From an uncultured Spirochaetia bacterium (GTDB lineage Bacteria > Spirochaetota > Spirochaetia > CAZBHR01), in NCBI GenBank assembly GCA_964492025.1, contig CAZBHR010000001.1:156315-220314 (forward strand): 64,000 nt of DNA. Reading direction: 5' to 3'. The position numbers and the translations under genes are program-made. The notes under the pieces are model-generated. The model was not told where the DNA came from. It did no database searches and saw nothing but the letters and a program-made list of their open reading frames with translations. Positions 20,247 to 30,269 of this stretch are shown here, one piece after another (within the stretch, counting starts at the first letter, position 1; each line of letters opens with the position of its first letter).

Positions 20247-21444
20247 TAGTTCGTAAGATAGCATCAAGAAATTGAAAGCCTCTCTCGTTGCACACTAGCA
20301 CTCCTTGTTGGTATGCAGATTGTGAGAAGTACTCTTTCCAGGATTTCATAAGTCTCTCTAGGTAAGTTTTACCCAAGTCACCAAAAGAGGATGTCACATG
20401 CGCAACAGATACCCCAAGGGTGGTTCTTAGGCCCATCATAAGAGCATCTTGCAAAAGCTCCTCAGGAAGAACCTCCTCAAAAGTGATCCCAAATATTTCA
20501 TCCTTCCGTTGAGCATAGGCTACTAGACTCTCTCTGTGATTACACCGTATAGCTCGACGCAACCCATCATGACCAGTGTAACACATTGTGCCAGAAGCAC
20601 CGGGACCTATACCAATCCAATTACCCATACTCCAATACACAAGATTGTGTTGTGATCGCTCACCACCTCTTCCCCAAGATGATATCTCGTACTGTTCAAA
20701 GCCCTGTTTACGCAATACCTCTCCCCCCTTATCTAGGATAGAAGCAACAACATGATGCTGTGGAGAGCCAACAACACCTGATTCCATCTGTTCTGTCAGC
20801 ACGGTTCCCTCTTCATAAGTTAAGGAGTACCATGAGAGATGGTCTACAGGATAAGTTAAGGCGATCTGCAAATCCTCCAAAGCGTGTTCTACCGACTGAT
20901 TGGGAATACCATATATGAGATCAATACTCACCCTTCCACCCCAAGATGCTGATAGCGTATCCAAGGCTATCCGTGGGTCTATATGGCTATCAATACGGCC
21001 AATAGTATTTCGGTATTCCTGAAAGAAACTTTGCACCCCTAGGCTAATTCTGTTTACCCCATAGCGCTTAAGGATAGATAACTTCTCCGTAGATACATCT
21101 CGAGGATTCATTTCAAAGCTCACCTCTGTACCTGTTTGAATAAAAGTTTGTAAGGGGGCAAGGAGTTGTACAAGCTCATTCTCAGAAAGGAGTGATGGAG
21201 TACCCCCTCCTATGTATAGCGAAGGAATACTTACCCCCTCTTGGAGCATATGTTTCCAATACGCTACCTCCCGACCAAGTTCTTTAAGAAATGACTGAAC
21301 CACAGCCTGATCCTTTGTGGTGGTAGAGTAAAAGTCACAATAATGACACCGTGCTTTACATATAGGAATATGAATATAGAGAGAGATCTCAGATACTCTC
21401 CCTAGCTGATTACTGTACGAATCTAGGAGAGGGTGCAAGGACAT
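20239..21444 (-). CDS. hemW: Radical SAM heme chaperone HemW (start uncertain)
   Basis: LYIHIP-CKARCHYC, GGGTPS, QYEISS, HNLVYW. Confidence 0.88.
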   Translation of the reverse strand: MSLHPLLDSYSNQLGRVSEISLYIHIPICKARCHYCDFYSTTTKDQAVVQSFLKELGREVAYWKHMLQEGVSIPSLYIGGGTPSLLSENELVQLLAPLQTFIQTGTEVSFEMNPRDVSTEKLSILKRYGVNRISLGVQSFFQEYRNTIGRIDSHIDPRIALDTLSASWGGRVSIDLIYGIPNQSVEHALEDLQIALTYPVDHLSWYSLTYEEGTVLTEQMESGVVGSPQHHVVASILDKGGEVLRKQGFEQYEISSWGRGGERSQHNLVYWSMGNWIGIGPGASGTMCYTGHDGLRRAIRCNHRESLVAYAQRKDEIFGITFEEVLPEELLQDALMMGLRTTLGVSVAHVTSSFGDLGKTYLERLMKSWKEYFSQSAYQQGVLVCNERGFQFLDAILRTIM

Positions 21445-22453
21445 ATCGAGTAATTCCAATAATTTCTCTCTCTCTTCGAGGGCCAAAAAATCGACCATCA
21501 AGAGAGTTGTGTCTATTATCACCTAAAGGAAGCACATATCCATTGGGAACATAGATTCCCGATGAGTACCGGTGCCAATCTTGAACCTCCCCAAGCCACT
21601 CAAGGGAGGTATCTTCACTATCTGAATAAAAAGAAGAGGGAGTAACAGACCTCTGGGGATTTAATCTATAGAAAAACTCCGCCATGGTAGCGTACACCGA
21701 GTATTGGTCCATAGAAAGTGTACTCCCAATGGGAAAGACAGATCCCACCTGAGACCCTATACCGAATATATCAAAGGCGTAGCGTTCAGCAAAACCTCGA
21801 CTACTTCGTTCAACCGCAGATTGGGTAAATAGGTGCTGACGAGGGTCTTCAATTCCAGAAATTTTGCGAAATTCCCCTTCATCAATAAACTCAGAGAATC
21901 CTGCAGGACGAATTTCCACACGGCCATTTTCAAAACGAACCCTATCATTTCCAGTAGCAGCAACACGTTTCACATAAAATTCTGATAAGGGATTCCCCTC
22001 ATCATCAACCTGCAAATTAATCGCTGAAAAACTGATTATAAACAGGGTTTTCTGCAAAATATTTGTAAAAAATCCAGGAGATTCGTAGAGCGGTGATCGA
22101 AAGGTAATCACATCATCTCTTTGAGGGTCTCGAATACTGGGCAACTGAGGGCCACTATTCCACCCAGGAAGTATTGTTGGTCCATAGAGAGTCTTTCCTA
22201 CAAGAACACGGTCTCCAATAAGAAGTGTTTTCTCCATAGAGCCAGATGGAATTTGGTAGAGCTGAAACAGAAAGTGCCAGATAAGAATCACCATAATGAA
22301 TGCTGATACTAACGCATGGGCCCAATCTTTTACAAATCCCCTACTTTTTGACTTCTCTTTTCGTCTTATCTTACGAGCTCTTCTCCATCGTAACAGTTGT
22401 AAGGTTTTTTTCTCTATAGATGTAAAAAACGGGTGCTCTACGTATTCACTCAT
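21410..22453 (-). CDS. lepB: Signal peptidase I
   Basis: IPSGSMEKTL (Ser), YVKRV (Lys), GDNRHNSLDGR. Confidence 0.93.
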   Translation of the reverse strand: MSEYVEHPFFTSIEKKTLQLLRWRRARKIRRKEKSKSRGFVKDWAHALVSAFIMVILIWHFLFQLYQIPSGSMEKTLLIGDRVLVGKTLYGPTILPGWNSGPQLPSIRDPQRDDVITFRSPLYESPGFFTNILQKTLFIISFSAINLQVDDEGNPLSEFYVKRVAATGNDRVRFENGRVEIRPAGFSEFIDEGEFRKISGIEDPRQHLFTQSAVERSSRGFAERYAFDIFGIGSQVGSVFPIGSTLSMDQYSVYATMAEFFYRLNPQRSVTPSSFYSDSEDTSLEWLGEVQDWHRYSSGIYVPNGYVLPLGDNRHNSLDGRFFGPRREREIIGITRYVLAPSPRFVQ

Positions 22454-22658
22454 AGAGTGAAGGTATCAAAAGCAGAGGGAATAATCAAGCATACATTTAT
22501 ACAAATACTGTGAAGAACCACACCTAGGAGGATTAATTCTACTCATTCACCTCTTTAAGGTGTTTCCAGCTCTAGCTCCTTCATAAACATCCCAATGGGC
22601 AGAGAACTTAGTTGGTAACAGATTGCAATTACCCTAGATATTTGATATCTTCTTTCTT

Positions 22659-24125
22659 ATGAAAAAGAGAACACCAAAAGACCCAGACTCAATACAGATC
22701 CCATCACTTTTTGGATTATCCCCTGGAAAGTGGTTAACCATACTCTACGGAAGTATACTTCTTATTGCTCTCTTTTTCCTTTTTATCTTTCCTGGAATAA
22801 AAAACCCCCATAGCGAACTCAGGGTGACTAGTCAAATTCCAATGGCTCTATACATAGATGACCTGTATGTTGGAGGAACACCACTTGAAATAGATGTACC
22901 CAAGGGAGAACACACATTTAGGCTAGAAAGAGATTTTTTTGAACCCATTGAGTGGGAGGAAAACATACCCTCTCGTCTTATAGGATCCCTTTTCTTTAGC
23001 AAGGTGGTAAAGAAATCCTACTCACCAACAATAGAAGAGGTAGATCTCTTTCTTCAAGCCCAGTACAAAGAGCTCAGCCAGTGGGCACTGGTGGACAATT
23101 TTACGGATAACTATGTTACAGGGTATCACTACCCTTCAATTATTACGGAAACAGCAGAGGCTCTTATATTCGCAACTAATGGACCATTTATCAAGGAACT
23201 CGAATCATTTTTTTATGCAGCACAGAGACAGTTATCCCACCAAGAGATAGTGAATGACTACAAGGAAGCAACCTCACTGGCAGAGGCGAAGATATCGCTT
23301 TTTATAGAAAACGACACGCTTATTACCGATGCGTTCAAAGAAGATAATACCTCTATTCAGGAGTATTTTACAAACACCCCTGTACTAACCCGAATTCCTG
23401 CAACAGGACGTACGGGAGAGGTTATCTCTATAGAGGGTAAAAAGTATATCTATGTAGAGGGAGGATCTTACACCCTTGGGGGATCCAATCCAGAAAACCT
23501 TAAAGAGGCTCCCTACAATGTAGAGCTTGAGCCTTTTGCATTTTTAGATCATGAGGTTACGGTAGCTGAATTTTTTAACTTTTTAGAGGAGAACCCCACT
23601 TGGAAGGGATCTCAGAAAAAAGCCTTAAAAGAACAGGGTTTGGTTGATGATTACTACCTACAAAACATCACCTCCACCTCCACTTCTCTCCCGGTAACAT
23701 ACGTATCATGGTATGCAGCACAGGCGTACGCAGATTGGCTAGACTCCCAGCTTGGAGAAGATTACACCGTAACACTTCCTACTGAATCAGAATGGGAGCT
23801 GGCAACCCGTATATTTGAAAACTCCTCATCTGGAAACTTCAATAAGGGAACACCCTATCTTAAAAGAGGAACCGACTCACTCAATCTTATGGGTAATGTA
23901 TGGGAGTGGATGAAAAATGACTATGCCCCTATGGCAGGAATAACAGGATCCTATGAAGAGGAGTTCTTCGGACTTTCGGGAGCTGAAAAATCTCTTCGTG
24001 GGGGAAGTTATATTGATACAGAGGGAACAGTACTCCCAGAAACCCGTGGAAGCCACCCACCAGAGTGGACTACACCGGTTGTAGGGTTTCGAGTAGTAAT
24101 AAGGAGCAACTCATGGAAGGAGTAA
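22659..24125 (+). CDS. Membrane-anchored PEGA + FGE-sulfatase (SUMF1-like) domain protein
   Basis: N-terminal TM; YIDD.YVGGTP (PEGA-like); HEVT, PVTYVSW, LPTESEWE, MGNVWEW, RGGSY, GFRV. Confidence 0.85.
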   Translation: MKKRTPKDPDSIQIPSLFGLSPGKWLTILYGSILLIALFFLFIFPGIKNPHSELRVTSQIPMALYIDDLYVGGTPLEIDVPKGEHTFRLERDFFEPIEWEENIPSRLIGSLFFSKVVKKSYSPTIEEVDLFLQAQYKELSQWALVDNFTDNYVTGYHYPSIITETAEALIFATNGPFIKELESFFYAAQRQLSHQEIVNDYKEATSLAEAKISLFIENDTLITDAFKEDNTSIQEYFTNTPVLTRIPATGRTGEVISIEGKKYIYVEGGSYTLGGSNPENLKEAPYNVELEPFAFLDHEVTVAEFFNFLEENPTWKGSQKKALKEQGLVDDYYLQNITSTSTSLPVTYVSWYAAQAYADWLDSQLGEDYTVTLPTESEWELATRIFENSSSGNFNKGTPYLKRGTDSLNLMGNVWEWMKNDYAPMAGITGSYEEEFFGLSGAEKSLRGGSYIDTEGTVLPETRGSHPPEWTTPVVGFRVVIRSNSWKE

Positions 24126-24568
24126 AGGTTGTACAGACCAATAAAAAAGCACGGTTCAACTACGCTATTGATGAGACACTAGAGTGTGGAATTGCTCTTG
24201 TGGGTACCGAGGTGAAATCAATAAAACAGGGAAAGATATCATTTGGTGATGCGTACTGTAAAATAGTCAATGGCGAGCTGTGGATTCACTCACTCCATAT
24301 ATCTCAATATACCCAGGGAAATATTCATAACCATGTTGAAACAAGACCAAGAAAGCTACTTGCCCATAAAAGAGAGATAAGCCGACTTGAGAAAAAAGTT
24401 CAGGAACGGGGATATACCATTGTGCCAACCAAGGTGTATCTTAAGAAGGGATATATAAAAGTGGAAATAGGTTTAGGAAAAGGTAAGAAACTCCACGATA
24501 AGCGGGAAACAATAAAAGCTCGAGACCAGAAGAAAGAGGCTGGCCGAGAACTCAGAGATAAGTACTAA
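24113..24568 (+). CDS. smpB: SsrA-binding protein SmpB
   Basis: NKKARFNY, GTEVKS, RKLLAHK, GKKLHDKR; SD AAGGAG before ATG 24113. Confidence 0.97.
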   Translation: MEGVKVVQTNKKARFNYAIDETLECGIALVGTEVKSIKQGKISFGDAYCKIVNGELWIHSLHISQYTQGNIHNHVETRPRKLLAHKREISRLEKKVQERGYTIVPTKVYLKKGYIKVEIGLGKGKKLHDKRETIKARDQKKEAGRELRDKY

Positions 24569-24614
24569 CCCACTGACTTACATAGACTCATATAACCCAG
24601 CGGGGTATCATACA

Positions 24615-25490
24615 TTAATCTTCTTCTAACACCTCTGGTTTAGCTTCCCACCTATTGGTAGTGGGATTTCTAAAAACATCATCTAAGTGAAGGAAGAGCA
24701 TTGAAGCCCCTCGCCCATGGAGAGATATCTTTTGGGTAAGTAAGTTTACATCGGTAACATGGTAAGATTGGTTATCAATAAACACCTTATTACGCACAGA
24801 GGGGTGCTTCTTTTGCTCCTCTCGGTAAAATTCCTCTTCATAGGAGAGACAGCAGAGTAACCGTCCACAGCAACCGGAAATCTTCTCAGAGTTAAGTGAT
24901 AGGTTCTGATCCTTTGCCATCTTAATAGAGACAGATGGTGCCTTTTCTGTAACACCATGACAACAAAGCACACGTCCACAAATCCCTACTCCACCTAAAA
25001 GAGCCGCTTCATCACGTACTCCAATTTGACGTAGCTCAACCCGAGTATGGAACCTTGCCACAAGGCTTTTTATAAGCTCCCGAAAGTCTACACGATGCTC
25101 CGAAGAGAAGTAAAACATAAGTTTATTCTCTATCATACGGTGCACTGCAACAAGCTTCATATCTAGCTTAAGTCTATCAATCTCAGATTTACACAGTTTA
25201 AATGCGGAATCCTCAACCTCTTTATGCTCCTTCTGAGAAGCAAGGTCTGAATCTGTTGCAACTCGCTCTATGGGAAAGTACTTTTTAGAACACCCCTGAT
25301 GGTTGCACTCCTTCTTCCCCAGCACCTCTGCTAAGTCGAGCCCAAATTTCCCACGTACTACAACAGTTGTACCTGGTTCTATATCGATGTTTGATCCGTA
25401 AAGCTCTGTCTCTTTCGATATGATATGCCTTGTAATATATGTGTTATCCCAGCTCTGTTTCTCTGGGGTGTTGTTATCCTTCTTTCCCAT
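24615..25490 (-). CDS. PSP1/RicT (YaaT) family protein
   Basis: RVDFRELIK, RQIGVRDEA, CGRVLCC, KMAKDQ, SGCCGRLLCCL. Confidence 0.92.
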   Translation of the reverse strand: MGKKDNNTPEKQSWDNTYITRHIISKETELYGSNIDIEPGTTVVVRGKFGLDLAEVLGKKECNHQGCSKKYFPIERVATDSDLASQKEHKEVEDSAFKLCKSEIDRLKLDMKLVAVHRMIENKLMFYFSSEHRVDFRELIKSLVARFHTRVELRQIGVRDEAALLGGVGICGRVLCCHGVTEKAPSVSIKMAKDQNLSLNSEKISGCCGRLLCCLSYEEEFYREEQKKHPSVRNKVFIDNQSYHVTDVNLLTQKISLHGRGASMLFLHLDDVFRNPTTNRWEAKPEVLEED

Positions 25491-25638
25491 CTTTCCGTTA
25501 TACCATGGGAAGAAATAATTGTCAAATCAAATTGAACACTTGACCATAGAGTATTAACATGATACCTTTGAGGTAGGTGAAGGCTCCTTGCAAATAAGAG
25601 TCTTCTAATCACTCTATAATTATATTTGGAAAAAGCCT

Positions 25639-26412
25639 ATGCAGTTATTTGATACTCATGCCCACATTGGGTTAATACATGATGACCCGATAGAACAACT
25701 TTTTGTAGTTCAACACGCAAAGCGTGCTGGAGTAAAACATATTGTTAGTATTTGTAATAGTCTTAGTGACTATGCAAAGGTGTACGAGAACCTCTCTACC
25801 TCAAGTCATATCTACCACGCCCTTGGAGTATCACCCTCTGAAGTGAATAACCCAGGAAAAGAGTGGGAACGTTTTGTTATGACCCACGCAAAGGATCCAA
25901 GGGTTGTTGCTATTGGAGAGATTGGACTTGACTACTACCGAAAGTTTGGAAGCAAGGACTCTCAGATACACCTATTTGTGCGACAACTAGAGATAGCACA
26001 GCAGCTTGACCTACCTGTAATTATTCACAATAGAGATGCGGGATCAGATGTGCTTCAGGTACTACAAAATAAGATTCCTCAAAAGGGTGCGGTACTCCAC
26101 TGCTACTCTGAGAATATGGCGTACGCAAAAAAAGCTCTAGCCCTCAATAATCTTTACATCTCCTTTGCGGGAAATGTAACCTACAGAAATGCAAAAAATC
26201 TCCACGAAACCGTGGCAATGATGCCTCTTGATAGAATTCTTGTAGAATCAGAAAGTCCATTTATGGTGCCATCTCTCTATAAGGGTAAACGAAATAGTCC
26301 ATCATATCTTCATGCCACAGTTGAAGCTATTGCAGAGATTCGTGAAACCTCGGTTGAGGAGATTGCTGAAGCACTCTGGGAAAATAGTTTACGATTTTTT
26401 GGTTTATCCTAG
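25639..26412 (+). CDS. TatD-family nuclease
   Basis: DTHAH, GEIGLDY, IIHNRDA, LHCY, ESESP. Confidence 0.93.
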   Translation: MQLFDTHAHIGLIHDDPIEQLFVVQHAKRAGVKHIVSICNSLSDYAKVYENLSTSSHIYHALGVSPSEVNNPGKEWERFVMTHAKDPRVVAIGEIGLDYYRKFGSKDSQIHLFVRQLEIAQQLDLPVIIHNRDAGSDVLQVLQNKIPQKGAVLHCYSENMAYAKKALALNNLYISFAGNVTYRNAKNLHETVAMMPLDRILVESESPFMVPSLYKGKRNSPSYLHATVEAIAEIRETSVEEIAEALWENSLRFFGLS

Positions 26413-26424
26413 GACACCTGTACC

Positions 26425-27417
26425 ATGGGCGATCTTTATCATCCCATAGAGATAGACCACATTACCATTCCGGGCAACCTTTTCCTTGCCCCTCTGGCTG
26501 GGTATACAGACAGAGGAATGAGAAAGGTTGCCCTACTCCACGGAGCTAACTACACCTACACAGAGATGATCTCTGCGGAAGCGGTAGCACGGGGAAACGA
26601 CAAGACCGAAAATATGATGACTCGTACGGAGGGCGAAGATCTCTTAGGGATTCAAATATTCCTATCCGACCCAGACCAAGGAGAACGTTGTATTGAAAAG
26701 GTTCTAGAATATAACCCAACAACCATAGATATTAACTGTGGTTGCCCCGTTCCTAAGGTGGTAAAAAATGGATGTGGATCTGCACTTATGACAGATCCTG
26801 AAAAACTTGCCACTATTGTAAGAACCCTTAAAAAACATACCTCAACACCTATTACTGTAAAAATTCGTCTTGGAATAGATAACAGCTCTATTAACTATTT
26901 AGATGTTGCAAAGGCTGTGGAAGATGCGGGAGCAGGACTTCTCACTATGCACGGCAGGACTAAAAAAGAGGGATACAGCGGTACTGCCCACTGGGAACAC
27001 CTGGCAACCCTTAAGCAGAGGGTATCTATTCCAGTTATTGGATCTGGTGACCTTTTTTCTCCAGAAGCTGGATACAGGATGCTACACGAGACAGGTATAG
27101 ATGGACTCCTCTTTGCCCGTGGAGCTATGGGTAACCCCTTTATATTTGAGAGAACTCGAGAGCTCTTACAAACGGGAACCCTCCCCCCTGAACCTACAGC
27201 ACAAGAGCGGCTAGAAGCAGCAATGATCCAACTGAAAGAGGTTATTTCGGCTAAGGGAGAGCACCGGGCCTGTTTGGAGATGAGAAAGCAGAGCTGTACC
27301 TATATCAAAGACCTCCCCGGAGCTCGCTGGTTTAGAAGAACCATTATCCATGCCTCTACCTTAGGAGAGTATGAATCAATCTTTTCAGAGTTCCTTGAAG
27401 GTAAGCAAGATGACTAA
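26425..27417 (+). CDS. dusB: tRNA dihydrouridine synthase DusB
   Basis: LAPLAG, DINCGCP, VKIRLG, MHGRT, ARGAMGNP. Confidence 0.92.
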   Translation: MGDLYHPIEIDHITIPGNLFLAPLAGYTDRGMRKVALLHGANYTYTEMISAEAVARGNDKTENMMTRTEGEDLLGIQIFLSDPDQGERCIEKVLEYNPTTIDINCGCPVPKVVKNGCGSALMTDPEKLATIVRTLKKHTSTPITVKIRLGIDNSSINYLDVAKAVEDAGAGLLTMHGRTKKEGYSGTAHWEHLATLKQRVSIPVIGSGDLFSPEAGYRMLHETGIDGLLFARGAMGNPFIFERTRELLQTGTLPPEPTAQERLEAAMIQLKEVISAKGEHRACLEMRKQSCTYIKDLPGARWFRRTIIHASTLGEYESIFSEFLEGKQDD

Positions 27418-28411
27418 GCTACAAGATGCAGAGGCTCTTAAAAAAGTATTTTCCACAAGGCAAAAACTGAATCAAGGAGTTCGAGATTTCTTTCAAGGTC
27501 GTAACTACCTAGAGGTAGAGACCCCATCACTGGCAAAACATCTTATTCCTGAATCTACCATTCACCCATTCACCACCACTTACTACAATGAATTTTCAGG
27601 TGGTGGAGAGCGATATCTGATTCCCTCCCCAGAGGTTCATCTCAAGGAACTTATTGCCAATGGAGTTGGTAACGTGTATGAAATTGCCCGATCATTCAGA
27701 AACTACGAGCAACTTGGGAAGCAGCACAACCCAGAGTTTACCATGCTTGAGTGGTACACCATGGGAGTAACATACAAAGAATCCGCAACCATAATGGAGG
27801 AGTTATGGAGATACCTGTTTCAAAAGATTGCACCTAATAACCCTTTAGGTAAAACACCATGGATCTCCACCTCCGTGGAAGAACTATGCAGAACCTACGG
27901 AGACTTTGAACTGTCTGCAGCCCTCAGGATTCCAGAGATTCGGAAGGTTGCAAAAAAGCACAACATAACCATAGACTCCGAGGATAACTGGGAGTCTCTA
28001 TTCCATAAAATTTTTCTTACTAAGGTAGAACCACACTTTCCAAAAGATACTCCTCTAGTTCTGTACGACTACCCAGCACAACTCCCCTGTTTAGCAAAAA
28101 GAAAAGCAGGAACACCCTATAGAGAGCGGTGGGAGCTATTCGTAGGATCCTTAGAAATTGCAAATTGCTACACCGAAGAGGACAACCAAAAAGAGGTTTC
28201 TCGCTTACTGGATGAGGAGTACGCTCTACGTCTATCTGATCAGTACGCTCCTGTGGTGGACCGAGATATGGAGTACCACACCATATTTGAACAGTTTCCT
28301 CCCTGTTCGGGAGTAGCCCTTGGAATGGATAGAATACTTATGTTACTGATGGGTGCTTCTGATATGAGTGAAGTGCTCCCCTTTGGCTGGTCTGATTCCT
28401 CACACTCCTAA
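27410..28411 (+). CDS. epmA: EF-P lysine beta-lysyl ligase EpmA (PoxA/GenX)
   Basis: LysRS-like catalytic domain without an anticodon domain (LEVETP, SPE, FRN, HNPEFTMLEWY, GVALGMDR); directly upstream of efp. Confidence 0.9.
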   Translation: MTKLQDAEALKKVFSTRQKLNQGVRDFFQGRNYLEVETPSLAKHLIPESTIHPFTTTYYNEFSGGGERYLIPSPEVHLKELIANGVGNVYEIARSFRNYEQLGKQHNPEFTMLEWYTMGVTYKESATIMEELWRYLFQKIAPNNPLGKTPWISTSVEELCRTYGDFELSAALRIPEIRKVAKKHNITIDSEDNWESLFHKIFLTKVEPHFPKDTPLVLYDYPAQLPCLAKRKAGTPYRERWELFVGSLEIANCYTEEDNQKEVSRLLDEEYALRLSDQYAPVVDRDMEYHTIFEQFPPCSGVALGMDRILMLLMGASDMSEVLPFGWSDSSHS

Positions 28412-28584
28412 ATACAACTGATAAAGTCACTTGCACTGGAAAAACCAGTCTACTCAATTTCCCATAGCTAAGAATCTTAGATTCCCAAAACTCATGAATT
28501 TTAACATACCCTCTTAGGGGGTGATTTTTTTCATTGCTTTTGGTATACTCTTTACAATCTATACAAAAACTAGAGGTGTAATGC

Positions 28585-29148
28585 ATGATAAAAGCGGGTA
28601 ATACAGAGAAAGGAATGGCCCTACTCATGAAGGGTGAGCCATTTATTATTGTAGATAGAGAGTTTGTAAACCCAGGTAAGGGATCTGCCTTTGTTCGATT
28701 CAAACTTAAGAGTCCAGCTACCGGTCAGGTTCTTCGAGAAACCATTAAAAGTCAAGAAAATGTTGAAGACATTGAGCTTGACGATCAGGACTGCCAATAC
28801 TTATACAGTGATGGCGAAAACTTCCACTTTATGAATAATGGAACATACGACCAGTTTGAAATTCCTATGACCGCCTTTGAGGGGTACGAATTTCTTATGA
28901 AAGATGGAGACTCTTACCGTATTGTATTTTGGAATGAGCGACCATTAGATATTAAGCTTCCTCCTAAAATGGTGTATACCGTTACGCGATCAGAGCCAGC
29001 AGTAAAGGGTGACACAGTAAACTCTGTTACTAAAATGGTAGAGATTGAAACTGGACTTGAAGTTCGGGTTCCTGGATTTATTAAGGAAGGAGAAAACATC
29101 CTCCTTAATACCGATACAAAAGAGTATCTAGAAAGGGTAAACAAATAG
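28585..29148 (+). CDS. efp: Elongation factor P
   Basis: PGKGSAF loop, KGDT, ETG, VPGFI. Confidence 0.96.
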   Translation: MIKAGNTEKGMALLMKGEPFIIVDREFVNPGKGSAFVRFKLKSPATGQVLRETIKSQENVEDIELDDQDCQYLYSDGENFHFMNNGTYDQFEIPMTAFEGYEFLMKDGDSYRIVFWNERPLDIKLPPKMVYTVTRSEPAVKGDTVNSVTKMVEIETGLEVRVPGFIKEGENILLNTDTKEYLERVNK

Positions 29149-29163
29149 TCTACCCTACTTGAT

Positions 29164-29200
29164 AAAAAAAGGTGCTATCCTAAGGGAAAGCACCTTTTTT
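29164..29200. terminator. Bidirectional intrinsic terminator
   Basis: A7-GGTGCT...AGCACC-T6 between convergent efp and the SPOR gene. Confidence 0.85.
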
Positions 29201-29215
29201 ATGGTCATGTAATCT

Positions 29216-29695
29216 TTAAGGAGCCATATTTTTTAGAAGGAACCGATCTCTGCCTTTCTCTGCAGATTGATAACTCAAGAAGGGACCAATCATAAGATGT
29301 TTATTCCCATCATCTAAAAGATGAACCGTAGTATACAGGCCTAACTCCTGTAATGATTTTTGTACAATAACAATGTTATCCTGATCTTCATAGGCACCAA
29401 AATCCACCCAGAAATATTGCATGTCACGTAATTCGTTGTATACAGGGTAAATTATAGGTTTCATATTAAAAATGTACCCAGAGTTCTCCTCAGAAGTACT
29501 AGGAACAACCTCTTCGGTCTCCCATACAACCTCTTTCTCTGGAAGGGATGCTACTGTTATGGGCTCTAGGGTAACCAGAGGGGGTCGTACCTTTTCTGGC
29601 TGCAATAGTGTGCTACCTAATAGCACTGTTTCAATAATAAAAATTGCAACTACAATAGAGAGGAGAATAACTCTCCAACCCTTAATCCTGCCCAT
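29216..29695 (-). CDS. Membrane-anchored SPOR-domain protein
   Basis: N-terminal TM; FWVDFGAY...IGPFLSYQSA SPOR-like C-terminus. Confidence 0.6.
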   Translation of the reverse strand: MGRIKGWRVILLSIVVAIFIIETVLLGSTLLQPEKVRPPLVTLEPITVASLPEKEVVWETEEVVPSTSEENSGYIFNMKPIIYPVYNELRDMQYFWVDFGAYEDQDNIVIVQKSLQELGLYTTVHLLDDGNKHLMIGPFLSYQSAEKGRDRFLLKNMAP

Positions 29696-30269
29696 CTGCT
29701 GCTCCTTGGATCTTCCTTATAATTTTACGAACCTGGCCTACTCCAGATTTACCCATCCCACTTATTGTATAGACCTTCTCCATTTTTTTCACGCCCCTAG
29801 GGATAATATGACGAACTTTTTTCACTCTTTTCCAACTTTGAGTAAAAGAAAGTCCATCTCTCTTCATTCCTCGGTATACACGAACAAGATATGGAGTATC
29901 AACAAAAATAATAAGATCACATAGCTCTCCAAGACCTGCAGTAAAAAGAACAGCCGCATCAACCACTACATTACCGGAGGTTGCTACAACACCTTCTACA
30001 TACTCAACCATCCAAGGGTGAACTATAGCTTCAAGGGCTTTCATCTCTTGGCAGTGAGAAAACACAATTCGCCCTAATGCCTGCCTATCAATAGCACCCT
30101 GATGATTCAGCACCTCTGTACCAAAGTGCTGCACAATAAGGTCTTTTTTCTCAATATGTGCCAGATGACCTATTTTATCAAGATCTATGGTTACCCAACC
30201 ATCTTGTGAAAGTGAAGTAGTTATTTCACTTTTTCCAGCACAGTAACCACCAACAATACCAATCACCAT
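29682..30269 (-). CDS. coaE: Dephospho-CoA kinase
   Basis: GGYCAGKS, IDLD, IDRQALG, IVHP; follows polA. Confidence 0.92.
   Translation of the reverse strand: MVIGIVGGYCAGKSEITTSLSQDGWVTIDLDKIGHLAHIEKKDLIVQHFGTEVLNHQGAIDRQALGRIVFSHCQEMKALEAIVHPWMVEYVEGVVATSGNVVVDAAVLFTAGLGELCDLIIFVDTPYLVRVYRGMKRDGLSFTQSWKRVKKVRHIIPRGVKKMEKVYTISGMGKSGVGQVRKIIRKIQGAADGQD

Noticed and set aside
24113-24614. tmRNA gene next to smpB
   Set aside because: Only 46 bp of intergenic space and no tRNA-like ends
25570-25612. M-box or fluoride riboswitch (TAGGTGAAGGCTCCT resembles the M-box 5' end)
   Set aside because: The leader is too short, the remaining conserved elements are missing, and the downstream genes are unrelated
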